A stretch of DNA of 64,000 nt. Origin: an uncultured Verrucomicrobiae bacterium. Its GTDB lineage: Bacteria > Chlamydiota > Chlamydiia > Chlamydiales > Rhabdochlamydiaceae. The notes under the pieces are model-generated. The model did no database searches. It saw only the letters and a list, made by a program, of their open reading frames with translations, and was not told the DNA's origin. The stretch spans positions 608,001 to 672,000 of the forward strand of contig CAWDYW010000001.1 of assembly GCA_963806855.1 (NCBI GenBank), written 5' to 3'. Both the position numbers and the translations under genes were made by a program. Shown here in pieces: positions 28,444-39,691 of the stretch. Each line of letters opens with the position of its first letter. The stretch's first letter is position 1.

Positions 28444-30916
28444 TGCAATCAGAAGTTGTAGGGCTTCGAAGGGGGTGAGCTGATTTGGGTCGACTGCAGC
28501 CAGTTTTTCTTGCAGGGGATGATTGGTGGGCCTCGGCGAAGAGGTCGAGCTGCTTGGTCGGTTTTTTGAGTGCCGCTCCTCTTTTTCTAGCTCGTGCAGA
28601 TTTTTTCTCGGCTAGGCGTAGGGCAGAAGCGGGGAGGCCGGCGAGTTTGGCGACGTGGATGCCGTAGCTCTTGTCGGCCGCTCCGGGACGATTTTGCGGA
28701 AGAAGACGATGCCCGTCGGCAGTTTCTTCGACGGCGACGTTGAGGTTGATGGCGGCCGGGTATTTTTCGTCGAGCTCAGTCAGTTCCCAATAGTGGGTGG
28801 CAAAGAGGGTTTTCGCTTGTTTTGCCGGGGTGGAGAGGAGATATTCGGCGACGGCCCAGGCGATGGAGATGCCGTCATAGGTGCTGGTGCCGCGGCCGAT
28901 CTCATCGAGGATGACGAGGGAGCGGTCGGTGGCGTTGTTGAGGATGTTGGCGGTTTCGGTCATCTCGACCATGAAGGTCGATTGTCCGCGGGCGAGATCG
29001 TCGCTGGCGCCGATGCGGGTGAAGACTTTGTCGACTGATGCCGATGTGCGCCGCTTTTGGCGGGGACGAAGGAGCCCATCTGCGCCAGGATGGCGATGAG
29101 GGCGACTTGGCGGATATAGGTCGATTTGCCGGCCATATTGGGTCCGGTGATGAGGGCCAGGTGTTGGTCGTACCATCGAAGAAGATGTCGTTGGGGATGA
29201 AGTTTCCATTTTCAGCGAAGCTTCAATGACGGGATGGCGCCCTTGCTCGATGTCAAAGAGGGGGCTATCGGTGATGTCGGGGCAGATGTAATCGCGCTCG
29301 AGGGCCACTTTGGCAAGCGCCGCTAAACAGTCGATGTGGGCGATCACTTTAGCTGTTTCTCGGACGAGGGAGGCGTGGGTGGCGATTTCACCCCTCAGCT
29401 CGTTGAAAAGGCGGGCTTCGATGGCGGAGATCTTTTCATCGGCCGAGAGGATTTTGTATTCAAATTCTTTCAGCTCTTCGGTGGTGAACCGATCGGCGTT
29501 GACGAGAGTTTGCCGCCGATGAAAAGAGGGAGGGACTTTGTCGTTTTGGCCGCGGCTCACTTCGATGTAATAGCCAAAAGCGCGGGTGTAGCCCACTTTG
29601 AGGGTTTTGATGCCAGAGCTTTCTCTGAGGCGGGTTTGGTAGGCCGCCATCCACATTTCGCTCTCATTTTTGATGCTCTGCAGATCGTCGAGCTCAGGGT
29701 CGTACCCTTTCTTGAACAGCCCTCCATCACTTAAGCGCAGTGGCGGATTGTCGACGATGGCGCAGCTTAGTTTGTCTGCGATGAAGCTTGTCTGTGGAAT
29801 AGTGTCAGAGACCAGAGGAGTGATCAGGGGAATCTGCTGCAGGGAGAAGCGAAGCCCCGCCAAATCGCGTGGACTGGCGAATCCTGTTTCGATCCGCATC
29901 ATCAGCCGCTCTAGATCGCGCACCTCAGAGAGATGGCGGCGCAGCTCGAGCAATTTTGAGAGATCAGATGTAAAAGTTCTGATTCTGTTTTGCCTTTCTT
30001 TAATTTTTTCGACAGAGAGAAGGGGGTGGAGGAGCCAATTTCGAAATAATCTTCCTCCCATCGGTGTTTTCGTTGCGTCCAACAAATCGAGCAGTTGAGA
30101 GAGCTCGAGATTGCGCTGGCTGTTTTTGTCGATCAACATATAGGCGCTATTGGAATGGGTTCGCAGGGTGAGAATGTGCTCGATTGGCAAGCTCAGCTCT
30201 TCATTGACATAAGTCAGCAGCGCACCAGCAGCTGTGATGCCCGAGACAAAACCCTTCAAACCAAATCCATCGAGCGAGTGTACTTTGAAGTGTTTTTTCA
30301 AAAATTCGAGGCTACTTTCATGATCAAAATGCCACCCTTCAAGGTAATGGATGGACGCTTTGATCTCGCGTAGAAATTCTTTCTCTTCCTTCCACTTCTT
30401 CGATAGGATCAATTCTTTTGGGCAAACACGAGCCAACTCATCGAGGAGAGCCTCTTTCTTTTCAAATTCGATCACCACAAAGTCGGCGGTGGTGATGTCG
30501 AGGTAGGCGAGGCCCCAGCTTTGATTGAGCTGCACGATGCTGGCCAGATAGCTCGCTTCTTTGTCTTGCAGCAGGGTCGAGTTGATCACTGTTCCTGGCG
30601 TGACAATTCGGACGATTTCCCGTTTGACGATCCCTTTAGTCTCTTTGGGGTTTTCCATTTGCTCGGCAATGGCGACCCGGTACCCTTTCGCAACGAGCCG
30701 ATCGATGTAGGTTTCGCAGATATGATGGGGGATGCCCGCCATCGGAATCTCTTGCCGTTTGGTCAGCGTCAAATCGAGCTCTTTAGAAATGAGCTCGGCA
30801 TCTTCGTAGAACGCTTCATAAAAATCGCCGAGGCGAAAGAATAAGATCGCATCGGGGGCCGCCTCTTTACAGGCGAACCATTGGGCCATCATGGGGGTTT
30901 GGTTGGCAATACTCAT
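28416..30916 (-). CDS. mutS: DNA mismatch repair protein MutS, frameshifted in the 3' third; end approximate
   Basis: [34 protein letters not shown]; the P-loop GPNMAGKST lies in another frame. Confidence 0.92.
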
Positions 30917-30961
30917 AAGTGTACTGCAAAAATACACCTCTAATGGTATAAAATCAACCAT

Positions 30962-32719
30962 ATGGCCTTATATACAACCGAGAGCTTAGACACATTACGG
31001 AGCAAGGTGGACCTTGTGGAGGTCCTCTCTTCCCATCTGCAATTGAAACGTTCAGGGGCCACCCACAAGGGACTCTGCCCCTTTCACGAAGAGAAATCCC
31101 CTTCGTTCATGGTGCAGGCGGGCGATACCCACTACCACTGTTTCGGTTGCGGGGCCCATGGCGATGCGATCGCTTTTTTGATGAACCATGTCAAAATGAG
31201 TTTTGTCGATGCAGTCGAAAGTTTGGCCGAGCGGTTCAGTGTGACCCTCGAGAAGGCCGAAGGGGACGAGCAAAAAAAGGGCCCTGATCGAATTGCTTTG
31301 AAGGAAGCACTTGATTTAGCCTCCCGCTTCTACCATACCCTGCTTCTTCACACTGAAGAGGGACATGCCGCGCTCCACTATCTCTACCAGCGGGACATCG
31401 ACCTCGACTTCATCAAATTTTTTCAAATCGGCTACGCACCCTCCGATCGAAGCCTCTTCACCACCTTCGCCCAAAAAGAGGGAGTTCAGGAGGAAATCCT
31501 GATCACAGCCGGCCTAATGACCGAGAAAAGGAGAGACTTTTTCTCCGAACGGATCACCTTCCCCATCCGCGATCCCTTTGGAGCTGTCGTCGGCTTCTCG
31601 GCGCGCAAAATCAAAGAGGAAACTTTTGGGGGCAAGTATATCAACACCCCTGAGACGCCGCTGTTCAAAAAATCGCATCTGCTTTTCGGACTCAACTACT
31701 CGCGGCAGCGGATTGCCAAAGAGCGGCGGGCGATCATCGTCGAAGGACAGATCGACTGCTTGCGGCTCATCCACTCGGGCCTCAATTTCACCGTCGCCTC
31801 GCAAGGGACCGCCTTTGGTGAAGGGCATGTGAAACTGCTGACCGATCTCGGCGTCAATCAGGTCTTTTTGGCGATGGATGGGGACAATGCTGGAAAAGGG
31901 GCGGCGATCAAAGTAGGGAACCTGTTTCAAAAAGAGGGGATCGGCGTAGCGGTGCTCGATCTGCCGCCAGAGAGCGATCCCGATAGCTTTGTGAAGGCTG
32001 AAGGAATCGAGGCCTTTTCAAATCTGCTCAAAAATCCGATCGACTACCTTACCTTTTTGGTGAAGAGCTCCTCTGTCGGCGTCGATCTCTCCAATCCGGC
32101 GCAAAAAAATGAGCTCCTCCGCAAGCTGACCGAGCAAATCAGAGGCTGGGAAGAGCCGGTGATGGTGCACGAGAGCCTCCGCAAGATTGCCCAGCTGACC
32201 CATGTCCCCGAATCGGTTGTCGGTGTCGGCGCCAGCACCCCCCAGGCCTATTTCATCAAGCGATTTGGCAATGCGGGCAGAGAGAACGTCGACCCAGACC
32301 AAGTGCTAGAAACGGACCTGCTCCGCTGGCTCATCTTGCGTCCCGACCCCCGCCTGCTCGACATCGCCAAACTCAACATCGCTCCCGACCTCTTCCGTCA
32401 TGCAATCTGCAAGCGGATTTTTGAGAAATTTATCGCCAGCGACGGGCCGCGCGATCTGATCTCGCTGGGAAGCATCCTCGAGAAAGAGGAGGAGCAGACA
32501 CTGCTAGCGGAGATCGTGCGCAAAAAGGTGAATCCTGATAAAGCAGAAGAAGGGCTGGTCGAAGTGATCCATCGCCTGCTCATCCGGAAGTGGATGGAAG
32601 AGCGGGAGGGGATCAAGCAGCGGATCCAAAGTGGAGCCTGCACCGACGAAGAGGCGCTCAAATTGGCGAAAGTCTTCGACGAGATTAGAAAGAACCAGCC
32701 CACAGTGGTTTTACCATGA
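30962..32719 (+). CDS. dnaG: DNA primase
   Basis: CPFHEEKSPSF, KYINTPET, VEGQID, DGDNAG, DPD. Confidence 0.97.
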   Translation: MALYTTESLDTLRSKVDLVEVLSSHLQLKRSGATHKGLCPFHEEKSPSFMVQAGDTHYHCFGCGAHGDAIAFLMNHVKMSFVDAVESLAERFSVTLEKAEGDEQKKGPDRIALKEALDLASRFYHTLLLHTEEGHAALHYLYQRDIDLDFIKFFQIGYAPSDRSLFTTFAQKEGVQEEILITAGLMTEKRRDFFSERITFPIRDPFGAVVGFSARKIKEETFGGKYINTPETPLFKKSHLLFGLNYSRQRIAKERRAIIVEGQIDCLRLIHSGLNFTVASQGTAFGEGHVKLLTDLGVNQVFLAMDGDNAGKGAAIKVGNLFQKEGIGVAVLDLPPESDPDSFVKAEGIEAFSNLLKNPIDYLTFLVKSSSVGVDLSNPAQKNELLRKLTEQIRGWEEPVMVHESLRKIAQLTHVPESVVGVGASTPQAYFIKRFGNAGRENVDPDQVLETDLLRWLILRPDPRLLDIAKLNIAPDLFRHAICKRIFEKFIASDGPRDLISLGSILEKEEEQTLLAEIVRKKVNPDKAEEGLVEVIHRLLIRKWMEEREGIKQRIQSGACTDEEALKLAKVFDEIRKNQPTVVLP

Positions 32720-33042
32720 AACATATGATCTTTTTTGATAGCACTTGCAATATGTGCCAAAAATCGATCCGAAAAATCCAAGAGCTCGATAAAGAGAAGA
32801 TCTTTGAGTTTTATCCACTCACTAGCGCCAAGGCCAAAGAGATGGTCCCGGAGAAATACCTCACCGGCGACACGATGGTCCTACTCGAAGATCAGAAGCG
32901 CATTTGGCTACGCTCCAAAGCGATCTTTAGGATTTTTAAGCTGCTCGATGGAAAGTATAAATGGCTCGGAGTTCTCTGCTATGTGCCCGGCCTCGATCTC
33001 TTTTATCGCCTAGTCGCCCACAATCGACATCTATTTGATTAG
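32716..33042 (+). CDS. DCC1-like thiol-disulfide oxidoreductase (DUF393)
   Basis: FFDSTCNMC, YRLVAHNR. Confidence 0.85.
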   Translation: MKHMIFFDSTCNMCQKSIRKIQELDKEKIFEFYPLTSAKAKEMVPEKYLTGDTMVLLEDQKRIWLRSKAIFRIFKLLDGKYKWLGVLCYVPGLDLFYRLVAHNRHLFD

Positions 33043-33377
33043 ACGCAAGCATGAACTAATTTGGCAAGCGTTTTTATTGTAGGATTTTTGCTCCGAAGGC
33101 TATGATAAAGGGTGGTTTTTGGTAGGTGAGCTTCTTTAGCCAATTGCGTTTTATTGAAAGCTTCCAAATGAATTTGAATGATTTCAATCACCCCTTCAGA
33201 GTCGCCATTTTTTAAGCATTCCCAAATTGCGCGGCCTATACGGTCCTCATCGAGTAGTGCTTGAGTTGGATCATACGTGTCAACTCCCATCCCAGCTTTG
33301 ATTTTACGCGGAGGTTTTTTAGCTCGTGTACTTTTTATAGAGACTCTTTGCCTTTCGGATGTCCTTTTCTTGACCAT
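33039..33377 (-). CDS. Addiction module antidote, HTH protein
   Basis: TQLAKEAHLPKTTLYHSLRSKNPTIKTL. Confidence 0.85.
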   Translation of the reverse strand: MVKKRTSERQRVSIKSTRAKKPPRKIKAGMGVDTYDPTQALLDEDRIGRAIWECLKNGDSEGVIEIIQIHLEAFNKTQLAKEAHLPKTTLYHSLRSKNPTIKTLAKLVHACV

Positions 33378-33627
33378 TTTTATTACCCCCTAACAAAACT
33401 AAAATTTTCTTTTCTGGAATATATGCATAATAAATACGTCTGCCATTCTTCCATTTCAGCTCCCACACCTCACCATCGTCTGAAACAGATTTGTGGTCTC
33501 CAAAATGGCCTTCATCTTGGATTTTTGATAAACGATCATCTATTTGAACTTTAATTTTTTCAGTTTGTTCATCAAACCACTCCCGAAACTCGGGTGCTCT
33601 ATGGATACGGTATATACGCTCTATCAT
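33319..33627 (-). CDS. RelE/ParE-family addiction module killer protein
   Basis: EFREWF, GHFGDHKSV, WELKWKNGRRIYY, LLGGNKNGQEKDI. Confidence 0.9.
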   Translation of the reverse strand: MIERIYRIHRAPEFREWFDEQTEKIKVQIDDRLSKIQDEGHFGDHKSVSDDGEVWELKWKNGRRIYYAYIPEKKILVLLGGNKNGQEKDIRKAKSLYKKYTS

Positions 33628-33749
33628 CTTAATAGTACAATATATTGAACGGTTTTTGCAACCCTTTTCCGTGGACTTTTCCTAGAAAATGGAAAAATAG
33701 GATAAAAAATTGAGGATTAAAAGATAAGAAAAATTTTCCTTGGCATTAG

Positions 33750-33782
33750 AAAAAAAAACCCCGGTCATTTGCAGACCGGGTT
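33750..33782 (-). terminator. Rho-independent terminator
   Basis: CCCGGTC/GACCGGG stem with a T9 tract on the minus strand just after the 33799 stop. Confidence 0.7.
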
Positions 33783-33798
33783 AATTTAATGGAAGGGA

Positions 33799-34575
33799 TT
33801 AGCCTTCGTAGGAAGCGAAGGAAACTATGGAGTTTCCAAAATTTGTAAACATTTGGTCACATTCTTTCTGCATCTGCCAAAAGATTTCGTTAAATTCTTT
33901 AGCTTGCTCAGCTGAAAGTTCACGCACTTCCCATGTCCAATTCTGATTAGGATTGCTTAACGTGCCATCCTGCTTTGGTAAAGGATTGATTTCCAGAATC
34001 TCATCATCAGCTTCTCGGCGGCATAGTGGGAGCTCACGGTATTGCTGTTCCAGTCTCTGAAGGTCATTCTCAATTTCCTTATTGATTTTATAGAATTGGT
34101 AAGAAAGGTAGATAGCGCCTAATGCGATCCCAGTCGTGACGGCTCCTATTGCAACCATTTCTATAGTCTGAGGATCATTCATATCAGGAAAATTTTGACG
34201 GACATATTCGCCAGCTTGCTGAAGCTTTTCACGAGCTGTTGGGACGTAACCTTGAATCGTTTCGCCAAACTCACCCATCTTCTCCGATGCATCAGCTAAT
34301 TTTTGACGGGCATAGACGTTTGCTTGCTCGAATCTTGTGCTAGTTGTGTTGAGGAATGCATCTTTGTACTCACCCATCTGCCCCTGAACCTGAGTTAAAC
34401 TTGGGAGCTGCTGATAGTAGTGATTGCCAAAAGCTACAGTGTTCTCAAACGCTTTAGAACTTTGCTCATGAACTTTGCTGCCGAAGGAGCTTAAAGTTTC
34501 ATAGAGAAATGCGCTTGTAGTGTCTGGACAAGTTGGTTGTGTACTAAAACCTTGAATTGCTTGTATTTCGCTCAT
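33799..34575 (-). CDS. Hypothetical protein: amphipathic helical region plus one TM segment
   Basis: GAGG RBS; TM VAIGAVTTGIALGAIYLSY; own terminator. Confidence 0.65.
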   Translation of the reverse strand: MSEIQAIQGFSTQPTCPDTTSAFLYETLSSFGSKVHEQSSKAFENTVAFGNHYYQQLPSLTQVQGQMGEYKDAFLNTTSTRFEQANVYARQKLADASEKMGEFGETIQGYVPTAREKLQQAGEYVRQNFPDMNDPQTIEMVAIGAVTTGIALGAIYLSYQFYKINKEIENDLQRLEQQYRELPLCRREADDEILEINPLPKQDGTLSNPNQNWTWEVRELSAEQAKEFNEIFWQMQKECDQMFTNFGNSIVSFASYEG

Positions 34576-34593
34576 ATTACCTCAAATTTATGT

Positions 34594-35541
34594 TTAAACG
34601 GATCCATTATAATGGAGGGGGTGATTTTGTGCAATAAACTTTAGGGCATTCTCTGAAGAAATACCTTTCAGCTCAGTCTCAGAGAGCTTCATCTCATTGC
34701 GGATCCCCTCTAAAATCAAAGGATATTTTGACGAGTCAGACATTTCGTCGAAGAAGCCGTAGGGGCTGGGGGGGATGTCGCTCTGGTAGAAGAAATCTGC
34801 CCCAAAGCCAAGATTTTTAGTGCCGCCAAGCTGGTGCCCATAGGCGATCATATCGTAGAGTTGTCGCGGCTCTTTAAGAAATCCTTTGATGAAGACCAGC
34901 CCAATTACACCGTTGCGCGAAATAATTTCTTTAGCGACATCGTCGGGGAGGTTGCGCAACTGATCTTGGAGCGCCCGGAAATTGCTGTGGCTGGCCATCA
35001 CCCGCAGATCCAGATGATGTTTGTCAATGAAGTTGAGGGTCTCGCGGGCGAGCCGATCGGAGGTGTGACTAAAATCGATTGCAATGCCTCTTCCGCTTAA
35101 GAATCTGAGAAGTTCTTCACCATCTTTTTTGAGACCCGAATTGCTGCCACAGCCGCCGCCAAACCGATTCTCCCCATTCCATGTGAGGCTGATGTAGAGC
35201 GGGGTGATTTGGGTGAGGATGGTCTCCAGTCGATGGAAAACTGTATCGAGGGGCTCGGTTTCCTGTGCGAAGCCAGAGGCATTTTCAAAGGCGGGGAGGA
35301 TGTTTTGTTTGTTGAAGTAGTCGGGGTATTTTTCGGGAAGGGAGAGAAACACTTCGAGCTGTTTTGCCCCATTTGCCGCACACTCTGCATTTGTTTCGGT
35401 GTAGATGGCGAGCACTTGCAATTTGACGTTACCCGCTTTGAGTTGCGGGGCGCTGCAGCGGATAGCGGGATTGAAAGGGTCCCGCTTGGGATCGCGGGCG
35501 AGATAAAGGAGCAAGTCACAATGAAGATCGACGACGTCCAT
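34594..35541 (-). CDS. Membrane dipeptidase (peptidase M19)
   Basis: DLHCD, LTWNGEN, IDFSH, ASHSN, FGADF. Confidence 0.9.
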   Translation of the reverse strand: MDVVDLHCDLLLYLARDPKRDPFNPAIRCSAPQLKAGNVKLQVLAIYTETNAECAANGAKQLEVFLSLPEKYPDYFNKQNILPAFENASGFAQETEPLDTVFHRLETILTQITPLYISLTWNGENRFGGGCGSNSGLKKDGEELLRFLSGRGIAIDFSHTSDRLARETLNFIDKHHLDLRVMASHSNFRALQDQLRNLPDDVAKEIISRNGVIGLVFIKGFLKEPRQLYDMIAYGHQLGGTKNLGFGADFFYQSDIPPSPYGFFDEMSDSSKYPLILEGIRNEMKLSETELKGISSENALKFIAQNHPLHYNGSV

Positions 35542-35568
35542 ATTTTCTATTAGCCACCAGTCATTTTC

Positions 35569-35650
35569 AACGCAAAGACGCCAAGCCGCAAAGACGCAAT
35601 AAAAAGAAAATAATTTTTTTTGCGTCTTTGCGTCTTTGCGCCTTTGCGTT
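35569..35650. repeat. CGCAAAGA-family hairpin
   Basis: AACGCAAAGACGCCAAGCCGCAAAGACGCAA...TTGCGTCTTTGCGTCTTTGCGCCTTTGCGTT. Confidence 0.75.
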
Positions 35651-35677
35651 TATCTAGTCTCAGTTCTACAACATCCA

Positions 35678-38635
35678 TCATTTTGCCTGGATTTTGCTAA
35701 AGTCGAGCAGCTCTTCAAAATGGGCGAAGACTTTGTGCAGCAGACTCAAGCGGTTATTACGTATTTTCAGATCATCGCATAGGATTTTCACATTGTCGAA
35801 TAGGTCTGCGAGGGGCTGTTGCAATTTCGCCATCTCGTGGAAGGCTTGAGCGTAGTTTTTTTGTTTGATCAGATTATGCCACTGCTTCTCTAGATGTGTC
35901 AGAGCGTGAACCAGATTTTTTTCTGCAGGTTCGGTCGCCAGCGCAGGATCGAATGTCCCTGGTGTCCCTTTCTCAAGCTGCCCTTTGGCCCGTTTGTAGA
36001 CTTCAAACAGTTTGCCGAAAGTGGGTTCTTTGCGGAAGTGGTGAAGGGTTTCGATTTTGCAGTATTGGTCGTACGGGTCGCGGAGCAGGCCCATGAGCGA
36101 GGCTTCCACTTCGTCTTTGGCAAATCCAAACTCTTCAAATACCCCTTTGGAGCGACTAGTGACGTAGGTGAGCACTTCTTCGCCTAGGAAGTCGTCAAGG
36201 TTCAAGGAGAGTTTGTTCTCGACTAAGATTTTGATGATGCCGATCGTCTGACGACGTAGTGCATAGGGGTCGGAGGAGGAGGTTGGAATGAGTCCCACTT
36301 TAAAGTAGCTGATCAGGTTGTCGAGTTTGTCTGCAAGGCTCAAGATGATGCCCGTCTTGGTTTTTGGAAGAGCTCCTCCCTCAATGCGGGGCTGCCAATG
36401 CTCTTCAATTGCCGTGGCCACTTCAGGATCTTCATTTTGGGCGAGGGCGTAATATTTGCCGATGGTCCCTTGTAGCTCGGGGAATTCGCCGACCATGTCA
36501 GAGGCGAGATCGGCTTTGCATAAGAGGGCGGCGCGGGCCACTTTTTTCTCATCAGCCAGCTGCAGCGTGTCGTTTAGCTTTTGGGCGAGGGTGACGATCC
36601 GCTTCACTTTGTCGAAGACAGAACCGAGCTCTTTCTGGAAGGTCATCTTCTCGAGCTTTTCGTTGAATTCCTCAAGTGGCTGCTCGAGATCTTGTTCGTA
36701 GAGGAAAATCCCGTCGGCAAGGCGAGCGGAAAGCACTTTTTGGTTGCCGTGTCGAATCAGATCGTTGGGAGTGTTGTCTGCGGTGATGATGAATTTGTTC
36801 ATCAGCTTGCCAGACATGTCGGCCAGTGGAAAATACTTCTGGTGCTCGACCATTTCAGAAGTGAGCACCTCGGGGGGAGCTCTTAAGAAGTCCGAGTTGA
36901 AATCGGCTGTTGTGAGCATCGGCCATTCGGAAAGGTAGAGCACTTGGGCCATCACCTTTTTCTTCTCTAGAGCTAAGGCCTGGAGTTTTTTCTCGATTGT
37001 ACCGAGTTGCTCCAGAATCGACTGCCTTCGCTCATCGACATCGGCGAGCACCTTGTGCTTCTTGAGGATGGCAAAATAGTCTGCAGCCTCTTTGAGGATG
37101 ATCTTCTGTGGATCGAGCTGCGCATGGCCGAAGGTATGGTGGCCCGAGCCGATATTGCCGACAACAAAGGGGATCACCTGATGAGCATAGAGGGCGACGA
37201 TCCACTGGAGAGGTCGAGGATAGGCGATGTCGAGTGTTCCCCAGCGCATTTTTTTGGGGAAATCGAGATTGAGGATCAGCTTGGGAAGCTCTTCGGCGAG
37301 CAGCTCGTAAATCGAGACGCCGGGAGTCTTCACCGTAGCGAGGAGATGTTCGCCGCTGATTTCGAGCCCTTCGATTTTGCCGATTTGTTTAAGAGTGACC
37401 GATTCTTGACCGATCGACTTTAAGAAACCAAGCCCCTGCTTTGTTGGAGTGCCATCTTCTCCGAACGCGACGGTGATCGCGGGTCCTTTCCGCTGGGTGA
37501 TCTTTTCGGCTGTCCCTTCGACGAGTCCCTTTATCTGGACACCGAGACGACGGGGCGTTCCAAACACATGGAGAGATTCGAAGGAGATGTCCCGCTGTTT
37601 CAAGAGGGCGCGCAAATCGTTTTCGAGATTCTGCATCCCGATTGGGACGAATGTGGCTGGCAGCTCTTCAGAGCCGATCTCGAGTAGGAAGGTTTCTCGC
37701 CGCTGGGGATCGAAAGATTTTGGCGCCGCTTCCAATTTGGGGATCCGGCTCTCTTCACGTGGAAGCTTGTCCATCAGAGGGAAGCCGAGTTTTTCGCGCG
37801 CTGTCAGATATTCAGTTGCAACAAGTCTGGCCAGATCGCGGATCCTGCCGATATAGCCGGTCCGCTCTGTCACCGAGATGACGCCGCGTGCTTGGAGCAG
37901 ATTGAAGGCGTGCGAGGCTTTCAAGACAAAGTCGTATGCGGGAATCGGGAGCTGGTGGGCGATCAGATCTTTTGCTTCCCGTTCATAGTCGTCAAAATGG
38001 CGCAGCCACATCTCGGTGGAGGCATAGGTGAAATTGTAGGCGCTCCATTCGACTTCATTGCGCTTGCAAATATCGCCATAGGTGTAATTCTCATTCCACT
38101 GCATGTCGTAGAAACTATCTTTGTTCTGAACATACATGCAGAGCCGCTCGAGCCCGTAGGTGATCTCGGCGCTGATCGGTTTTAAGGGGAGATTGGCGAC
38201 CGCTTGGAAATAGGTGAATTGGGTCACCTCCATCCCATCGATCCACACTTCCCAGCCCATGCCTGAGGCGCCGATGGTCGGAGATTCCCAGTCGTCGTGG
38301 ACAAAGCGCAAATCGTGCTCTTTGAGATTGATTCCAATGGCTTCGAGCGATTCTTTATAGGTCTCCAAAATATCGAGCGGGGAGGGCTTAATGATCACCT
38401 GGAATTGGTGGAAAAGTTGCAGACGGTTGGGGTTTTCGCCATAGCGGCCATCGGCGGGGCGGCGGGAGGGCTCGACGTAGGCAGTCTTGTAAGGCTCTGG
38501 TCCCAAGCATCTTAGGAATGTAGCGGGGTTGAATGTTCCGGCCCCCACCTCGAGATCGTGCCCTTGGTGGATGATGCAGCCCCGTTTTTCCCAAAATTCT
38601 GAAAGCTTATGAATGATCTGCTGAAAGGTAAGCAT
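35678..38635 (-). CDS. glyQS: Fused glycyl-tRNA synthetase alpha/beta
   Basis: [39 protein letters not shown]. Confidence 0.97.
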   Translation of the reverse strand: MLTFQQIIHKLSEFWEKRGCIIHQGHDLEVGAGTFNPATFLRCLGPEPYKTAYVEPSRRPADGRYGENPNRLQLFHQFQVIIKPSPLDILETYKESLEAIGINLKEHDLRFVHDDWESPTIGASGMGWEVWIDGMEVTQFTYFQAVANLPLKPISAEITYGLERLCMYVQNKDSFYDMQWNENYTYGDICKRNEVEWSAYNFTYASTEMWLRHFDDYEREAKDLIAHQLPIPAYDFVLKASHAFNLLQARGVISVTERTGYIGRIRDLARLVATEYLTAREKLGFPLMDKLPREESRIPKLEAAPKSFDPQRRETFLLEIGSEELPATFVPIGMQNLENDLRALLKQRDISFESLHVFGTPRRLGVQIKGLVEGTAEKITQRKGPAITVAFGEDGTPTKQGLGFLKSIGQESVTLKQIGKIEGLEISGEHLLATVKTPGVSIYELLAEELPKLILNLDFPKKMRWGTLDIAYPRPLQWIVALYAHQVIPFVVGNIGSGHHTFGHAQLDPQKIILKEAADYFAILKKHKVLADVDERRQSILEQLGTIEKKLQALALEKKKVMAQVLYLSEWPMLTTADFNSDFLRAPPEVLTSEMVEHQKYFPLADMSGKLMNKFIITADNTPNDLIRHGNQKVLSARLADGIFLYEQDLEQPLEEFNEKLEKMTFQKELGSVFDKVKRIVTLAQKLNDTLQLADEKKVARAALLCKADLASDMVGEFPELQGTIGKYYALAQNEDPEVATAIEEHWQPRIEGGALPKTKTGIILSLADKLDNLISYFKVGLIPTSSSDPYALRRQTIGIIKILVENKLSLNLDDFLGEEVLTYVTSRSKGVFEEFGFAKDEVEASLMGLLRDPYDQYCKIETLHHFRKEPTFGKLFEVYKRAKGQLEKGTPGTFDPALATEPAEKNLVHALTHLEKQWHNLIKQKNYAQAFHEMAKLQQPLADLFDNVKILCDDLKIRNNRLSLLHKVFAHFEELLDFSKIQAK

Positions 38636-38693
38636 AGGAATACAGTTTACTGAGACAATTGATTTTTTAACAAGGGTTTGGTAATATGGAGCC

Positions 38694-39020
38694 ATGATAG
38701 ACGAAATTTTTCCAGTTGAAGAGCTCCCTGCAGCAAAACGGCGCAAGCGCTGGGCCGAAGCTCATGCGCAAATAGAGATGCCGATGCCATCTGCTTTCTC
38801 CTGGCCGGGAGCCGTAATTCCACAAGTCACTCAGGCTCACGTGCTAAAGATCATCGATGAAGGGAATAAGAAAGTTGCCAAAACCTCTTTGGACAACTCG
38901 CGCTTCACTCGGGAAGATCACGAAAAGGAATCTAAACTAAGCCATACCAGACGATTTCATAGACGTACTGAACAAAAAAGTTTATTAAATAGAAAGATAG
39001 ATAAAATCCAGCAATCCTGA
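38694..39020 (+). CDS. Hypothetical protein
   Basis: ORF with GGAG RBS filling the gap between glyQS and pgsA. Confidence 0.5.
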   Translation: MIDEIFPVEELPAAKRRKRWAEAHAQIEMPMPSAFSWPGAVIPQVTQAHVLKIIDEGNKKVAKTSLDNSRFTREDHEKESKLSHTRRFHRRTEQKSLLNRKIDKIQQS

Positions 39021-39048
39021 TACACTAAAAGTCTGTCGGAGGAATGTC

Positions 39049-39636
39049 TTGAATATCGCACTTGCCCTAACCTTAGGGCGCATATTCTTAAGCCCTGTAT
39101 TCATATTAGTTTACCTCTTTTATACGAAATTGGGGATCGGCCTCCTTGTGCTCCCCTTTATCCTCCTAGGCCTTGTCATCATAGCCGAATTGACCGACCT
39201 CTTCGACGGGATGGCCGCTCGCCGTAAAAATCAGGTGACCGAACTGGGCAAGATCCTTGACCCGATGGCAGACAGCATTTTCCGCCTTTCTGTCTTCCTC
39301 GCCTTTACCCAGGGGATTGTAGGCCTACCGGTCTGGCTCGTCCTCCTCTTCTTCTATCGCGATTCGATCATCAGCATGCTCCGGACGCTCTGCGCTCTTC
39401 GTGGCTTTACCCTTGCCGCCCGCCTGTCAGGGAAGGTAAAGGCTGTGCTTCAAGGGGTTGCGACCTTGGCGATCATCGTCTTGATGATCCCTTATGCCTT
39501 TGGGATGCTCTCGCTGGAGCTTTTTCAAAATATTTCTTTCTATATTGTCGCCGGGGCAGTGGCTTATAGCCTATTTTCCGGTGCTGAATATCTCTTTGCA
39601 AACCAAAACTACATAAAAAAAGCTTTAATTAAATAA
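39049..39636 (+). CDS. pgsA: CDP-diacylglycerol--glycerol-3-phosphate 3-phosphatidyltransferase
   Basis: TDLFDGMAARR..GKILDPMAD. Confidence 0.93.
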   Translation: MNIALALTLGRIFLSPVFILVYLFYTKLGIGLLVLPFILLGLVIIAELTDLFDGMAARRKNQVTELGKILDPMADSIFRLSVFLAFTQGIVGLPVWLVLLFFYRDSIISMLRTLCALRGFTLAARLSGKVKAVLQGVATLAIIVLMIPYAFGMLSLELFQNISFYIVAGAVAYSLFSGAEYLFANQNYIKKALIK

Positions 39637-39691
39637 TTACTTGAAATTTATAATAATTTAATATATAATTATTATTAAAAAGGAGTAATTA

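Noticed and set aside
28416..28500. Apparent in-frame MutS-UvrC fusion ([19 protein letters not shown])
   Set aside because: It lies in the indel-rich patch; removing one base gives a normal MutS end ([12 protein letters not shown]) overlapping the uvrC start.
33039..33627. Toxin-first RelE/HTH pair as a new system
   Set aside because: It matches the common killer/antidote addiction-module arrangement.
35678..38635. Fused glyQS (and SEC-C-Map at 57652-58548) as novelties
   Set aside because: Both are known chlamydial features.
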